From the IMG/VR virus record IMGVR_UViG_3300032092_000036, positions 1 through 55,634 of that record: DNA of 55,634 nt, one strand, 5' to 3'. The position numbers were made by a program, and so were the translations under genes. This DNA comes from a virus. Lineage: Duplodnaviria > Caudoviricetes. Shown here piece after piece: positions 19,201 to 26,448 of this stretch (within the stretch, counting starts at the first letter, position 1; every line of letters starts with the position of its first letter). The notes under the pieces are model-generated. The model ran no database searches. It was not told the DNA's origin and saw only the letters and a program-made list of their open reading frames with translations.

Positions 19201-19908
19201 CAGTTTGGTGAAGATGCCGCGACGCTAATTACTCGCGGTGCGCCGGCTGCTGCAGGCGTGGACTTGTCAGGCAAGTTAGGTATGGGTAACACTTTGTCTG
19301 TCTTGCCGTTCACTGACTTTGAATTGTCTAAGGCTGGCGTGGCTGAGACAGGGTTTGCCGCGGTGTTTGGAGCTTCCGGTGCACTGGCACAACGTTTTGC
19401 CGAGGGTTTAAAGCAGATTTCCGGAGGTGAATACTATCGCGGGTTGGAAAAACTAGCACCTAAGGGTTTTTCAGATGCCATGAAAGCTGTTCGTGAAAAT
19501 GAGCAGGGCGTGACTCGTTTGAATGGTGATGTGCTTGTGCCGGCTGATGAGATTGCTGCATGGGAATCTACGGCTAAGTTCTTTGGTGTGCCAGTAACGT
19601 CTGACACCAAGCGCCGTTTCTTGACAGATATAAAGTTTGAAAACGAAAAAGCTTTTAAAGATAAAGCTGCCAAGCTGAAGAACCAATATACTAAGGCTCG
19701 CCGTGAGGGTGATGACACCACTGCCGTTCGTGAGAAGTGGGCAAAGCTTCAGGATGAGCGAGTCAGTGAAGGATTTAAACGTGAGCCATTGTCTAATCTG
19801 CTGCAAGCTCCACAGGCACAGGCTAAGCGCGAACGCGAGACAGCAGGCGGCATTCAGTTTAACAAACAGACACGTCGATTTACCGAAGAACTTGTAGGAG
19901 AACAGTGA
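13285..19908 (+). CDS. Giant polyvalent internal virion protein (HTH, Tudor-like, zincin HExxH, PLxRFG/LPD-type C-terminal region)
   Basis: 2207 aa; THEIGH...REELFAQ; YAPMKRFG; long helical C-terminus; position after other ejection genes. Confidence 0.8.
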   Translation: MPIIEGFTPSGRSQNEAPRALEGFTSVYKVPMRGGDDASGMRNPLQFLNDTVVTTVNSGLGIIKGVSDFVSVDNPLSKGLEYIIKEGEETYSPQVKQAEEELGQAMDEGGFEAVKGVGKYVLSSPVQTAAKIVGGIGPIGKGIQASRYAAQALKFTPRGQGIAGVSAGATLGGAAAGGDAASDAYSQVMNSPNVPEDQREAMARQAARQASVVPAILGGLSGATGLERIMSGARGITREGVRRTAGKEFLTEGIEEGGTKASANIAAMQYDPTIDPMRGVVGATTLGGIMGAGGGAGVAYLNNRAYESNILGTANPSADQSLMLGINKGAGLSTQELINVKTGVTPAATKAQRAAREADIKAALSEPSGRYVTDENGIERELTMGEAASLGYETPALGALTSAEAPSGETTSQVIADDLQAAASKVGISLVSRGKPVQKRIDAFTKAVDLLGSGAIDKATFDQTIEQLKKNRYAEINKSFAQIEADFQEKQRLANQPKFQRAPKPEDQNVSTDISATGGLAPSVDAGGVDVSGGLAATGSALNVGPSSDVGSRVAGISPAGNETSLLGNVTGKSPTTLTLRAGAPASGMAQTSLEDQLAIGELTGNAAEAQALTEEEAGQRMDVTDTDESRAQDINAILDKAFENSEDKARDIEIAKMYLEVMKNAPQGFKQKIQTAIGKEFGVKAGAVRKIGQTPALVDAAVSMGMTRQQALDLLEISDTSKNKVSTTAGEQAGGLETVATELGVDFQENDSIGFGYDDTRTWSQSVKGAGDTVNATDEAMANAIYTISEKIRSVDALADKLPAIAGTLREMKAKLEETLVKTMQNVAGRLKPGSKPTPRKTKAKEVVEDETKLLTDEQVALNKQQEARQAARAASRKGLEVGDTVQNPKLGTGTVQSFSGDGDATMAKIAFQSGQTKDLMLSAAKLEKIASAPVTEKAPIAETTTPKKTKAGKTKAQVTGRDVWENLQKDTPGLGDYDGLSKREKDYVEEVAARTNGDFTLVSEPSMEVVIDNHINEEQTEDIYTEDFEADDGTARYMRSATSQEWKDNDGKTFKTQPTTLANLSKYPGVLKGLKHLQEAGLISTAQNIDTWLITDAKVPWTGMHMLVDGKDTIIFTQAALDDVKLSFVTLTHEIGHSVDEAGLAGTGIYSSAPELNLTFKNGNLKAIGPVTRELVNHFLSDQDSPLSEQLQYPLVDNDGLTADNMREELFAQLYMFSSMKIGRQYLRDNLPLTAAFMERTHAKIKKTNASAQPAGEVQSGESGQVQDRAQIREVSGRQLRANKEKIVNSKEARTVSSVVSETLNALMFTEDLFKKAVKSGIKSAKDMMNIYRERTNLEGQIQRDVERVASLYNKIPTNERGTGDASANRFVYDMTREKKWGFKPTWRTGQSGSVTIDPAMRKRWDGLSQESRDWTEAVFAHGDAMLKLKKQTLMDATNSEYDSLIKGAQAAGNTAKVAKFEAAKKSQLKQFARLFAVSEFAPYAPMKRFGDHVVVAKSQKYINASEAEQTKLQNDPDHYHVSFAESNSSAFKLESELRAEGSFANVETFKKEDAGKNGMYGGLLQAFTKLRGDLDSELANATDPAERNTLAKARAVVADLYLASLAENSARKSEMRRKGVAGEIDMLRSFATQGRADAQFLATAKYTPQMTEAINKMRREVKDGGSRLDKSQLFNEIMARHNQSLTYDASVWSDIAAKASRVTSVWFLATSPMYYLQNLTQPQMISVPFMAGRHNYFKTQTALIKAYTQLGGLNKNKKIDEPFDFNNVPADVRTMISTLVDRGRIDIGMETELGQFQVEGESKAAQGINKVDRVLRSVGQKMEAINRVSTAIAAYRLELAKTGDVKKATEYADEVISQTHGDYTRNNAPRAFNTNVGKVALQFRKFQLIQLTLLTKLVANSVKGATKEERVAARTALAFTLGHTAALAGLVGMPGFAAISFILKGLADMFGDDEEPYNLEKELYEAMVSQFGEDAATLITRGAPAAAGVDLSGKLGMGNTLSVLPFTDFELSKAGVAETGFAAVFGASGALAQRFAEGLKQISGGEYYRGLEKLAPKGFSDAMKAVRENEQGVTRLNGDVLVPADEIAAWESTAKFFGVPVTSDTKRRFLTDIKFENEKAFKDKAAKLKNQYTKARREGDDTTAVREKWAKLQDERVSEGFKREPLSNLLQAPQAQAKRERETAGGIQFNKQTRRFTEELVGEQ
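14810..15019 (+). CDS. Candidate overprinted gene inside the giant gene (+1 frame)
   Basis: GAGG RBS before ATG; protein-like 69-aa sequence over a low-complexity linker of the host frame. Confidence 0.45.
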   Translation: MSALIFPLQEDLHRAWMLGALTYQEAWQLQDQLLMSDPAAMWVPVSQELAPQVMKLHFSEMLPVNHLPL

Positions 19909-20162
19909 TGGCTAAGACACCAGCATGGACACGCAAAGAGGGAAAGTCGGAAAAGGGGGGATTGAACGCCAAGGGGCGAGCCTCTTACAACGCAGCCAAT
20001 CCGGGCAAGCCGGGGCTCAAAGCTCCGCAGCCAAAGGGCGGCCCACGCCGAGACTCTTTCTGCGCTCGGATGGAAGGCATGAAGAAGAAGTTGACAAGCG
20101 AGAAGACGGCCAAAGACCCGAACTCTCGGATCAATAAATCATTACGTGCTTGGAACTGTTAA
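19905..20162 (+). CDS. Small basic protein (DUF6321-like)
   Basis: KEGKSEKGGLNAKGRASYN...RRDSFCARM...SLRAWNC. Confidence 0.75.
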   Translation: MMAKTPAWTRKEGKSEKGGLNAKGRASYNAANPGKPGLKAPQPKGGPRRDSFCARMEGMKKKLTSEKTAKDPNSRINKSLRAWNC

Positions 20163-20416
20163 TGTCCAAGTTAGAAACTAGATTGACACGGCAACTGGCG
20201 TCTCAAGGTAACAAGAACGCCAAGGGTATGGCTATCGCCATCATGACTAAACGTGGGGATTTGAAGGACGGTAAGCTCACCGCCAAGGGTGAGTCCCGTC
20301 AAGCTTTAGGCAACGCCGGTCGAGCCAAAGACCGTGCAGCTAAAGCCAGTGGACGTTCTGCTAGTGACTTCAAGTACAACCCGAAGACTAACGCAGCAAC
20401 GCTTAAGAAGGGGTGA
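20162..20416 (+). CDS. Small basic protein
   Basis: ATG overlapping the previous TAA; K/R-rich; FKYNPKTN motif. Confidence 0.7.
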   Translation: MSKLETRLTRQLASQGNKNAKGMAIAIMTKRGDLKDGKLTAKGESRQALGNAGRAKDRAAKASGRSASDFKYNPKTNAATLKKG

Positions 20417-20419
20417 TAC

Positions 20420-20599
20420 ATGGCTACGAAATCCAAAGTTAACCAAGCAGGCGTGTATACCAAGCCCGGTATGCGCAAAGCCATCTTTGAGAAAGTAAAA
20501 GCTGGAACTAAAGGTGGAGACCCCGGCGAATGGTCTGCGCGAAAAGCACAGATCGTGGCTCGTGAATACAAAGCCAAAGGCGGCGGGTATAAGACATGA
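20420..20599 (+). CDS. Basic protein, N-terminal half of DUF5872-like family (not in ORF track)
   Basis: YTKPGMRK...KGGDPGEWSARKAQIVAREYKAKGGGY. Confidence 0.75.
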   Translation: MATKSKVNQAGVYTKPGMRKAIFEKVKAGTKGGDPGEWSARKAQIVAREYKAKGGGYKT

Positions 20600-20826
20600 A
20601 AGACCCACAAAAGTCTCTCAAAGATTGGACCGCTCAGAAGTGGCGCACCAGTGATAGCAAGCCCTCTGAGGGAAAGAAGCGTTATTTACCTGACTCCGCA
20701 TGGAAGTCATTATCCCCCGGCGAAAAAGCTGCCACGAACAAAGCCAAGGCCGCTGGCAACGCCAAGGGTAAACAGTTTGTAGCTCAACCTAAAAAGATTG
20801 CTGCAAAAACCGCAAAGTACCGTTAA
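20596..20826 (+). CDS. Basic protein, C-terminal half of DUF5872-like family
   Basis: QKSLKDWTAQKWRT...RYLPDSAWKSLSPGEKAATNKAK...GKQFV. Confidence 0.75.
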   Translation: MKDPQKSLKDWTAQKWRTSDSKPSEGKKRYLPDSAWKSLSPGEKAATNKAKAAGNAKGKQFVAQPKKIAAKTAKYR

Positions 20827-20843
20827 CTTAACTGGAGAAAATT

Positions 20844-20981
20844 ATGATGTTTGGAAAGAAAATGCCAATGGCCAAAGCCCCTGCAGGCAAGAAAGCTGCA
20901 CCCTTTAAACCATGTTCCGGCTGTCCTAACAAAGCTAAATGCTCTGCCATGGGTAAGTGCATGATGAAGGCTAAGAAGTAA
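20844..20981 (+). CDS. 45-aa Lys/Cys-rich peptide (not in ORF track)
   Basis: GGAG RBS; MMFGKKMPMAKAPAGKKAAPFKPCSGCPNKAKCSAMGKCMMKAKK*. Confidence 0.65.
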   Translation: MMFGKKMPMAKAPAGKKAAPFKPCSGCPNKAKCSAMGKCMMKAKK

Positions 20982-20988
20982 TAAACCT

Positions 20989-21013
20989 TGGAAGCTTCGG
21001 CTTCCATTTGTTT
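20989..21013 (+). terminator. Rho-independent terminator ending the late operon
   Basis: TGGAAGC-TTCG-GCTTCCA followed by TTTGTTT. Confidence 0.8.
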
Positions 21014-21021
21014 GTCACAAA
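21007..21021 (+). repeat. Left copy of 15-bp inverted repeat TTTGTTTGTCACAAA
   Basis: Perfect reverse complement at 22139-22153. Confidence 0.75.
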
Positions 21022-21039
21022 AGTAGGGCATGATGAGGT

Positions 21040-21480
21040 ATGAAATACCGCGTTGTCCCTGTCGATACTCGCCAGCCTGAGGTGGTACAACTACTCGTTT
21101 GGTTGCAAAAAGCGTGTCTTCCTGCGGACAAAGTTTACCCAATTACTCATGGATACTGGTATGTCGTTTACACACAGGATGGTGAAGCTGCTGGGTTTGC
21201 TGGTATTGTTCCCTCTGCTCGTTGGTCTGATACCATGTATCTTTGTCGGGCAGGTGTTGTACTCTCTCATCGTGGACGCGGGCTTCAGAAAAAACTTATT
21301 AGGGCGCGTATTCGCAAGGCCAAAGCATTAGGTATGAATTGGATCATCTCTGATACCCATCAAAATCCTGCATCCGCGAACAGTTTGATAGCTATAGGTT
21401 TTAAAATGTTTGAGCCATCTCAACCTTGGGGTTTCAAAACAGCACTGTACTGGAAGTACAAGATTAAACATGCCGTATAA
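21040..21480 (+). CDS. GNAT-family acetyltransferase
   Basis: Acetyl-CoA motif VVLSHRGRGLQKKL, plus NPASANSLIAIGF. Confidence 0.88.
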   Translation: MKYRVVPVDTRQPEVVQLLVWLQKACLPADKVYPITHGYWYVVYTQDGEAAGFAGIVPSARWSDTMYLCRAGVVLSHRGRGLQKKLIRARIRKAKALGMNWIISDTHQNPASANSLIAIGFKMFEPSQPWGFKTALYWKYKIKHAV

Positions 21481-21850
21481 AGACCCAAAAGTTAAAGCGG
21501 AAAAACAAAAGACGTACGCAAATACGTACTATGCCAACAACAAAGCCGCCATAATCGCGGCAAGTAAAGCATCTGCCAAGGCATACAAAGATCAGTGGCG
21601 TAGCTTTAAAGCTACATTAGCGTGTGTGCAATGCGGACAAAACCATCCTGCCACATTTGACTTCCATCACGTAGACAGTAGCACCAAAGAAGCGTCTGTC
21701 AACAAGTTACTCAAAAACAGAGCCTTCAAACGGGCGATGGAAGAAGTTAAGAAGTGTGTTGTGCTTTGCGCCAACTGCCATCGCATACATCACCACAACG
21801 AACGTCAAAACAAAAAAGCCAAAAAGAAAAAAGGGGCCGAAGCCCCTTAG
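21470..21850 (+). CDS. HNH endonuclease
   Basis: MPYKDP start; CVQCG...FDFHH...CVVLCANCHRIHH. Confidence 0.85.
   Translation: MPYKDPKVKAEKQKTYANTYYANNKAAIIAASKASAKAYKDQWRSFKATLACVQCGQNHPATFDFHHVDSSTKEASVNKLLKNRAFKRAMEEVKKCVVLCANCHRIHHHNERQNKKAKKKKGAEAP
21827..21848 (-). terminator. Terminator between convergent genes
   Basis: On - strand AAGGGGC-TTCG-GCCCCTT followed by a T-run. Confidence 0.75.
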
Positions 21851-21852
21851 TA

Positions 21853-22083
21853 TTACTCTTTAGCGGCCTCTGCTGCGGCTTCAGTCTCAGCGCCATCTAA
21901 CTCTTCTTCAGTATCATCTTCAAACTCATCGCCAAGTGCAGTCGTGGCTTCGTACTCAACAGCCCAACCGTAAAATTCTTGGAACTCCACAAACTTTTGG
22001 AAGATATCGATGATGTCAAAATCGTGGGTTTCTATAACCAATTTGCTATTGCTATAAGCGCCAAAATCCATTTCAAATTTCAT
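21853..22083 (-). CDS. Small highly acidic protein
   Basis: ATG at 22083 after AGGGG; about 23 D/E versus 4 K in 76 aa. Confidence 0.75.
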   Translation of the reverse strand: MKFEMDFGAYSNSKLVIETHDFDIIDIFQKFVEFQEFYGWAVEYEATTALGDEFEDDTEEELDGAETEAAAEAAKE

Positions 22084-22138
22084 GATGTGCCCCTGTGTTA
22101 GTGCAACCACATTGGCTGCAACTACATCGTAGTCTAAA

Positions 22139-22153
22139 TTTGTGACAAACAAA
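22139..22153 (-). repeat. Right copy of the 15-bp inverted repeat
   Basis: TTTGTTTGTCACAAA on - strand, then 7 nt, then TACGAT. Confidence 0.75.
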
Positions 22154-22181
22154 AAAACCCCCAGTTTTTAGGCTGGGGGTT
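22150..22181 (-). terminator. Terminator ending the replication operon
   Basis: AACCCCCAG/CTGGGGGTT stem followed by a T-run on - strand. Confidence 0.75.
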
Positions 22182-22221
22182 AAAACATCAAGGAAACAAC
22201 CGTGGCAAAGCGGTTAGTGCA

Positions 22222-25188
22222 TCATACACCCACTAAAGATTCTGCGTCAACTTCTTGGTTGTGAACTAGGGTTAATGTAGGAACTGCTTCTTTGTCTATC
22301 TTGTACATGTCCACGATGATGCAGCGTTGCTGAACCGTAGGATAGTCTGTACCCTTGGTCAATGTTACCTTCTCACCCTTGGATACAAGATAGCCGCCGG
22401 CTGATAGCTTGTTCACCATGACGTTGTAGTCCGTACGGTTTTTGATACACCAGTCTCGGATTTCTTTCTGCGCAATCATCATGTGCCCTGCACAGGTTTT
22501 GTCCTTCTGCGTACCAAGAACGTAACGCCCCGCCACTTCACCAATGATTCGGCTTCGTGGTGTCTCAGGGCCACGGCCATCGCGCTTATCTCTAAACTCA
22601 TTTGTCACCAAGATACGACTGGCCAGTGAACTAACCATGCGGCTGAATGCTTCTTCGTCGGTGACTGTGTTAGACAGCATCACTGATTCTGCAAGGTCGC
22701 GTATTGTGGCAATAATGAATGTATACAAGGCATCAATGTCAAAGTCGATGATCCCCAGTTGCTTGCAGATGCGAGCCATGACAATCGTGCAGGCCGTGTG
22801 GCTACGATAGAACCGATACTTTGGACTGGGTATTTCCACAGTCAGTTGGTGCACCATGGTCTGAACTTCTTCAGCAATACGGTCATAGTTAGCCACAACG
22901 TACTTCACCATAATGTCGCCGGCAACACCAGTGTTGCGATCAAGCTCGTCTAGTGCTTGTGCAATCTCACGACTACGTGCTTCTGTATCCCCTTCAACAT
23001 TTGAGTTGGCTAAATGAGAATACCGGTCTACGCTCAACTGAATAACGCGAACCGCTTCGGCTTGTGAGTTTGCTTGATTTGACGCTAGCATGCCATGGAA
23101 ATCCATGTTGCCAGTTACAAACATATTTAACCGCCACTCGGCTGATTCAGCAAGACTGACCGTGCCGCCAGAGGATTTAAGACGCTGACGCTCTTTCCCG
23201 TTAGCTATGCCGTAAGCAATGTCGCTAATGGTGCTAGGCTCTGCTGTAGATAACTCATCTAGCAATACAGGCATGCCGCGAATCGTACCAAGCACTGCCC
23301 ACAGAGCAAGGGGTGTAAAGCCCTGCTTGCCGTTAATAGACAGCTCAGAGGGAGCACCGAACGCCGCAAGTGATGCATGGCATACCGTGGTTTTACCGCG
23401 AGCAGTATCTCCGCCATGTAGGGCAAACAGAACACCTTTGTACAAAGACTCGCACATGGGTGATAAGAGCGTACCCCATCCGGCACACAGTGCGTACTGC
23501 CAAGGCTCAGCGCCTTCGCGGTTGTAGAGGTAGTTTAGGCCACGAGCGTAGCCTTCTATCGTACCCTTTGGGATCAGGTGCTTGGCGTATCTGCGAGCGT
23601 TGCCGCCTACCAATACAGTACGGGTCGTGCCGTCCTTGCAATGCAACCTGTCACCGAGCAAGAACGATCTATCATCGCGCCAGCCAAAACTGGTCATCGT
23701 GCTAGTCTCTTCAACTTGTGCTTTCAGTGCTTTTAATTGGTCGCGTAGATATGCAGCCATGTGGGAACCTGCGTCTTTGTGGTTACTGGTATGTAGTTCA
23801 TGCTTGGCTAAAGCCCGTAGCATGTCCGTGTTAGAAGCGATTGACTCGCCGGAAATATCGAATTCACGAATCTTGTGGTTCGCCATGTGCATGCGAACGC
23901 CGTGCCGATACGTGCCGTCCTCACCGCGGATGCGGCTTGTTAGATAGAATAGATCGTGGCAGAAAGCCATTGGATGGAGTACGCCGTCTTTGTCAGGGAT
24001 CATGCGGCTCATGAGTTGACCATCCCACAAGTAGCCATTGGGCAACGCAGGAACTACAACCGTTTGAACGACACCATCTTCAGTGACGGCTTCTTTTTCT
24101 ACCTCGATAGATATAGGGATAACCCTACCTAGCACCATAGGTGTTTTAATCTTTCCCTTGAATTCACAGCCTGTACATCCGTCAGGGTTGCACTTCTCAA
24201 AGAACTCGCACAGTGTCGGAGCCATCGTCCAAGTATCTATCTTGGCCTGTGTCTCTTCGTATGTGTAGCCGGGGTAGTCTTCACTCCAGTTGTGCATTAA
24301 GGCTTCGCCGTCCGTGCAGTATTTTGCAAGGCCAGCTACACCGCGCCAGTGCTCGTATCCAATGTCACCCTTCTCAGAACGCATTGCTGCGACTTGAGAG
24401 CACTTAGTTACCATCACATCAAGGGACGTATCCACTTGTGGGAACTCCATCATCAGATCGGAATTCTTATTGCGCTCTCTAACAGGCGCATCTTTAATCA
24501 TCTTGACTTGGTTGGCCTTGACGTATACGCTTAGCTTTGCAGCAAGGTCTGACGGTTCGCATGGTTCGCATGAGGCTAGAACTTTGACTACTTTTTCTTC
24601 ACCATTCTTACGATTGATTGCGCCCGGTGGGCGCAAGATCGATGCAAAATCAGCAGTGCGGCTAGGATCGGCAATAACACCTGCGTGAGCAAGCGCCGAC
24701 TTCAGTGCAGTTGCAACCTTCACCCACGTAGCAGATTTAATATCTTTAGTCAGTGGCCAGTAGGCATGAACTCCATTGCCCGAATCTACGATGAGTGGTC
24801 GCGGCCATCCAACGTCTTTGGCAAACTTGGTAATGGCAATGACTGCATCTTTCTTGGTGAGGTATCCATCACCCTTGTCAAATTTAGCCTGTCCACAATC
24901 TAGGTCAACCCAAAATGATCGTGCGCAATCCCAGTTCTCAGGGATGCGGTATTTCTTTTTGATCGTGCCGTCAGGCTGATCTATCTCCACAGCGGGTTTG
25001 AGGTAAGCCGCACACGCATGAAAGATTTGGTAGTTTGTTTGCGACGCAGTTTCGGCGATCTTAGCCGCCATGTCTTCAAGATTAACTTGGACTCGGTGCG
25101 CAGGAAACTTGTTACCCTCTTTAAAGAGGGCGATGTAATGTATGCCGTGTTCCGGCAATATCAACTTGAGAAAATCGAGTGTGGTCAT
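22222..25188 (-). CDS. Primase-helicase (RepB/AEP-like primase, Cys cluster, DUF927 helicase region)
   Basis: FWVDLD and DSGNGVHAYW primase motifs; C..C cluster; TSFGW; GGDTARGKTT Walker A; LLDE Walker B. Confidence 0.85.
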   Translation of the reverse strand: MTTLDFLKLILPEHGIHYIALFKEGNKFPAHRVQVNLEDMAAKIAETASQTNYQIFHACAAYLKPAVEIDQPDGTIKKKYRIPENWDCARSFWVDLDCGQAKFDKGDGYLTKKDAVIAITKFAKDVGWPRPLIVDSGNGVHAYWPLTKDIKSATWVKVATALKSALAHAGVIADPSRTADFASILRPPGAINRKNGEEKVVKVLASCEPCEPSDLAAKLSVYVKANQVKMIKDAPVRERNKNSDLMMEFPQVDTSLDVMVTKCSQVAAMRSEKGDIGYEHWRGVAGLAKYCTDGEALMHNWSEDYPGYTYEETQAKIDTWTMAPTLCEFFEKCNPDGCTGCEFKGKIKTPMVLGRVIPISIEVEKEAVTEDGVVQTVVVPALPNGYLWDGQLMSRMIPDKDGVLHPMAFCHDLFYLTSRIRGEDGTYRHGVRMHMANHKIREFDISGESIASNTDMLRALAKHELHTSNHKDAGSHMAAYLRDQLKALKAQVEETSTMTSFGWRDDRSFLLGDRLHCKDGTTRTVLVGGNARRYAKHLIPKGTIEGYARGLNYLYNREGAEPWQYALCAGWGTLLSPMCESLYKGVLFALHGGDTARGKTTVCHASLAAFGAPSELSINGKQGFTPLALWAVLGTIRGMPVLLDELSTAEPSTISDIAYGIANGKERQRLKSSGGTVSLAESAEWRLNMFVTGNMDFHGMLASNQANSQAEAVRVIQLSVDRYSHLANSNVEGDTEARSREIAQALDELDRNTGVAGDIMVKYVVANYDRIAEEVQTMVHQLTVEIPSPKYRFYRSHTACTIVMARICKQLGIIDFDIDALYTFIIATIRDLAESVMLSNTVTDEEAFSRMVSSLASRILVTNEFRDKRDGRGPETPRSRIIGEVAGRYVLGTQKDKTCAGHMMIAQKEIRDWCIKNRTDYNVMVNKLSAGGYLVSKGEKVTLTKGTDYPTVQQRCIIVDMYKIDKEAVPTLTLVHNQEVDAESLVGV

Positions 25189-25189
25189 C

Positions 25190-25441
25190 TCACACTCTTT
25201 CGATAATGCTCTTCCCGGTGGCATGCGAACCAACGGTAATGGTTCGGTCTAGGTGGCTCACGACGGCGGCTTTCATCTCATCCATTTGGATGCTGTTCTT
25301 GCCAGACTCAACGATTACACGAGCGATCAATTCGGCTAAGCCAAGAATGATTTCCCCATGGTTGAAGCCCTTGCCGGATATAGCAAAGTTTGTTTCTTTA
25401 ACGACGCCGGCTACTTTCCGCGCCTCGATTGCATAGCTCAT
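25190..25441 (-). CDS. Hypothetical protein
   Basis: GGAG RBS; 83 aa. Confidence 0.75.
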   Translation of the reverse strand: MSYAIEARKVAGVVKETNFAISGKGFNHGEIILGLAELIARVIVESGKNSIQMDEMKAAVVSHLDRTITVGSHATGKSIIERV

Positions 25442-25459
25442 ATGTGCTCCAAAGTGGGT

Positions 25460-25515
25460 GGGGGTACTAGCCGCTCGTCCGCAAGCTTTAAAAGCCTTTG
25501 CACGGTTTTCCCCCC
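25460..25515 (-). ncRNA. Candidate structured RNA element with a loop-E motif
   Basis: GGGGG-GAAAA-CCG...CGG-CUAGUA-CCCCC; intergenic. Confidence 0.4.
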
Positions 25516-25523
25516 GAAATCAA

Positions 25524-26429
25524 TCAGTCATCGAAATCAATGTCAGCGATATCTAAATCGTCAACCACGATCTCAGGCTCAGGCTTCTTCTCAGCCTTGG
25601 GCTTCTCGGCCTTTGATTTTGCTTCTACTTTGGGCTTGGCTTTCTCAATCACTTCTTCTGTAGCAACGGCTGCAGCTTGCGTTTCTTTGACGTCTGCTTC
25701 GGCCAGTGACTCATGTACCGCAGTCATGCTCCCGCCAATAATATCACGAACCGTTTCCGACTCAGACATTTCCTTGACTTCCTTGTACGTCTCGTCGTCC
25801 AAGATACCAACAGGCTTGAACGCCAACTTGGGAGACTCGGCTTCCATATCAAAGCTGATCTTTGTAATCACTTGATCGTAGTCAGCACCACGGTTGTCCA
25901 AGAACTTCACGTATTCAGACAATGGCTTCAGTGAAGCTGGTGGGATGCGGAGCAACATAGGCTCGTTGATTTGGTCAACGGCGGCAATAGCCAAACGCTT
26001 GGAATCAGAGCAAGCCTTGCCTTTACCCATACGGGCAGAACCAAACTGGTTGTGTGTGCATGTGGCGCACTTTTTAGACTGAGCGTTAGTCGCATCAGAT
26101 GCTGGAGCTACACCATCGTTTGAGTAGCAGTCAGGCTTTTGCTTCTCGCTAGACTCAGGATCGTAGCCCTTCATGTAGAACACCTTGGCAGAACCGGGGT
26201 TGCCCTTGATGATCACAGCGTCAATGCTCGTAGCAGGGCTGTCAGGGTCTTTGGGGTTAGGCAGAACTTTACGCTCGCCAGCTTTTACCACGGCAAAGAC
26301 TTTGCCTTTGATGGACACTACGGGGAATCCTCCTCCGCCGCCGGCTGACATGAGGTCAGCGTTGAGGCCGGAGACACGCTTTTTAAAGTGGGCGGGTAAA
26401 TTGCCACTGTCAAATGGAATGATTTGCAT
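25524..26429 (-). CDS. Single-stranded DNA-binding-like protein
   Basis: PDCYSNDG...CATC...FGS...GKAC Zn motif; acidic aromatic C-terminus DDLDIADIDFDD. Confidence 0.65.
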   Translation of the reverse strand: MQIIPFDSGNLPAHFKKRVSGLNADLMSAGGGGGFPVVSIKGKVFAVVKAGERKVLPNPKDPDSPATSIDAVIIKGNPGSAKVFYMKGYDPESSEKQKPDCYSNDGVAPASDATNAQSKKCATCTHNQFGSARMGKGKACSDSKRLAIAAVDQINEPMLLRIPPASLKPLSEYVKFLDNRGADYDQVITKISFDMEAESPKLAFKPVGILDDETYKEVKEMSESETVRDIIGGSMTAVHESLAEADVKETQAAAVATEEVIEKAKPKVEAKSKAEKPKAEKKPEPEIVVDDLDIADIDFDD

Positions 26430-26448
26430 TTTGTTTCCTAGGGGTTGA

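Noticed and set aside
20590-20600. Programmed frameshift fusing the two DUF5872-like halves
   Set aside because: No slippery heptamer; an ordinary ATGA coupling explains the junction.
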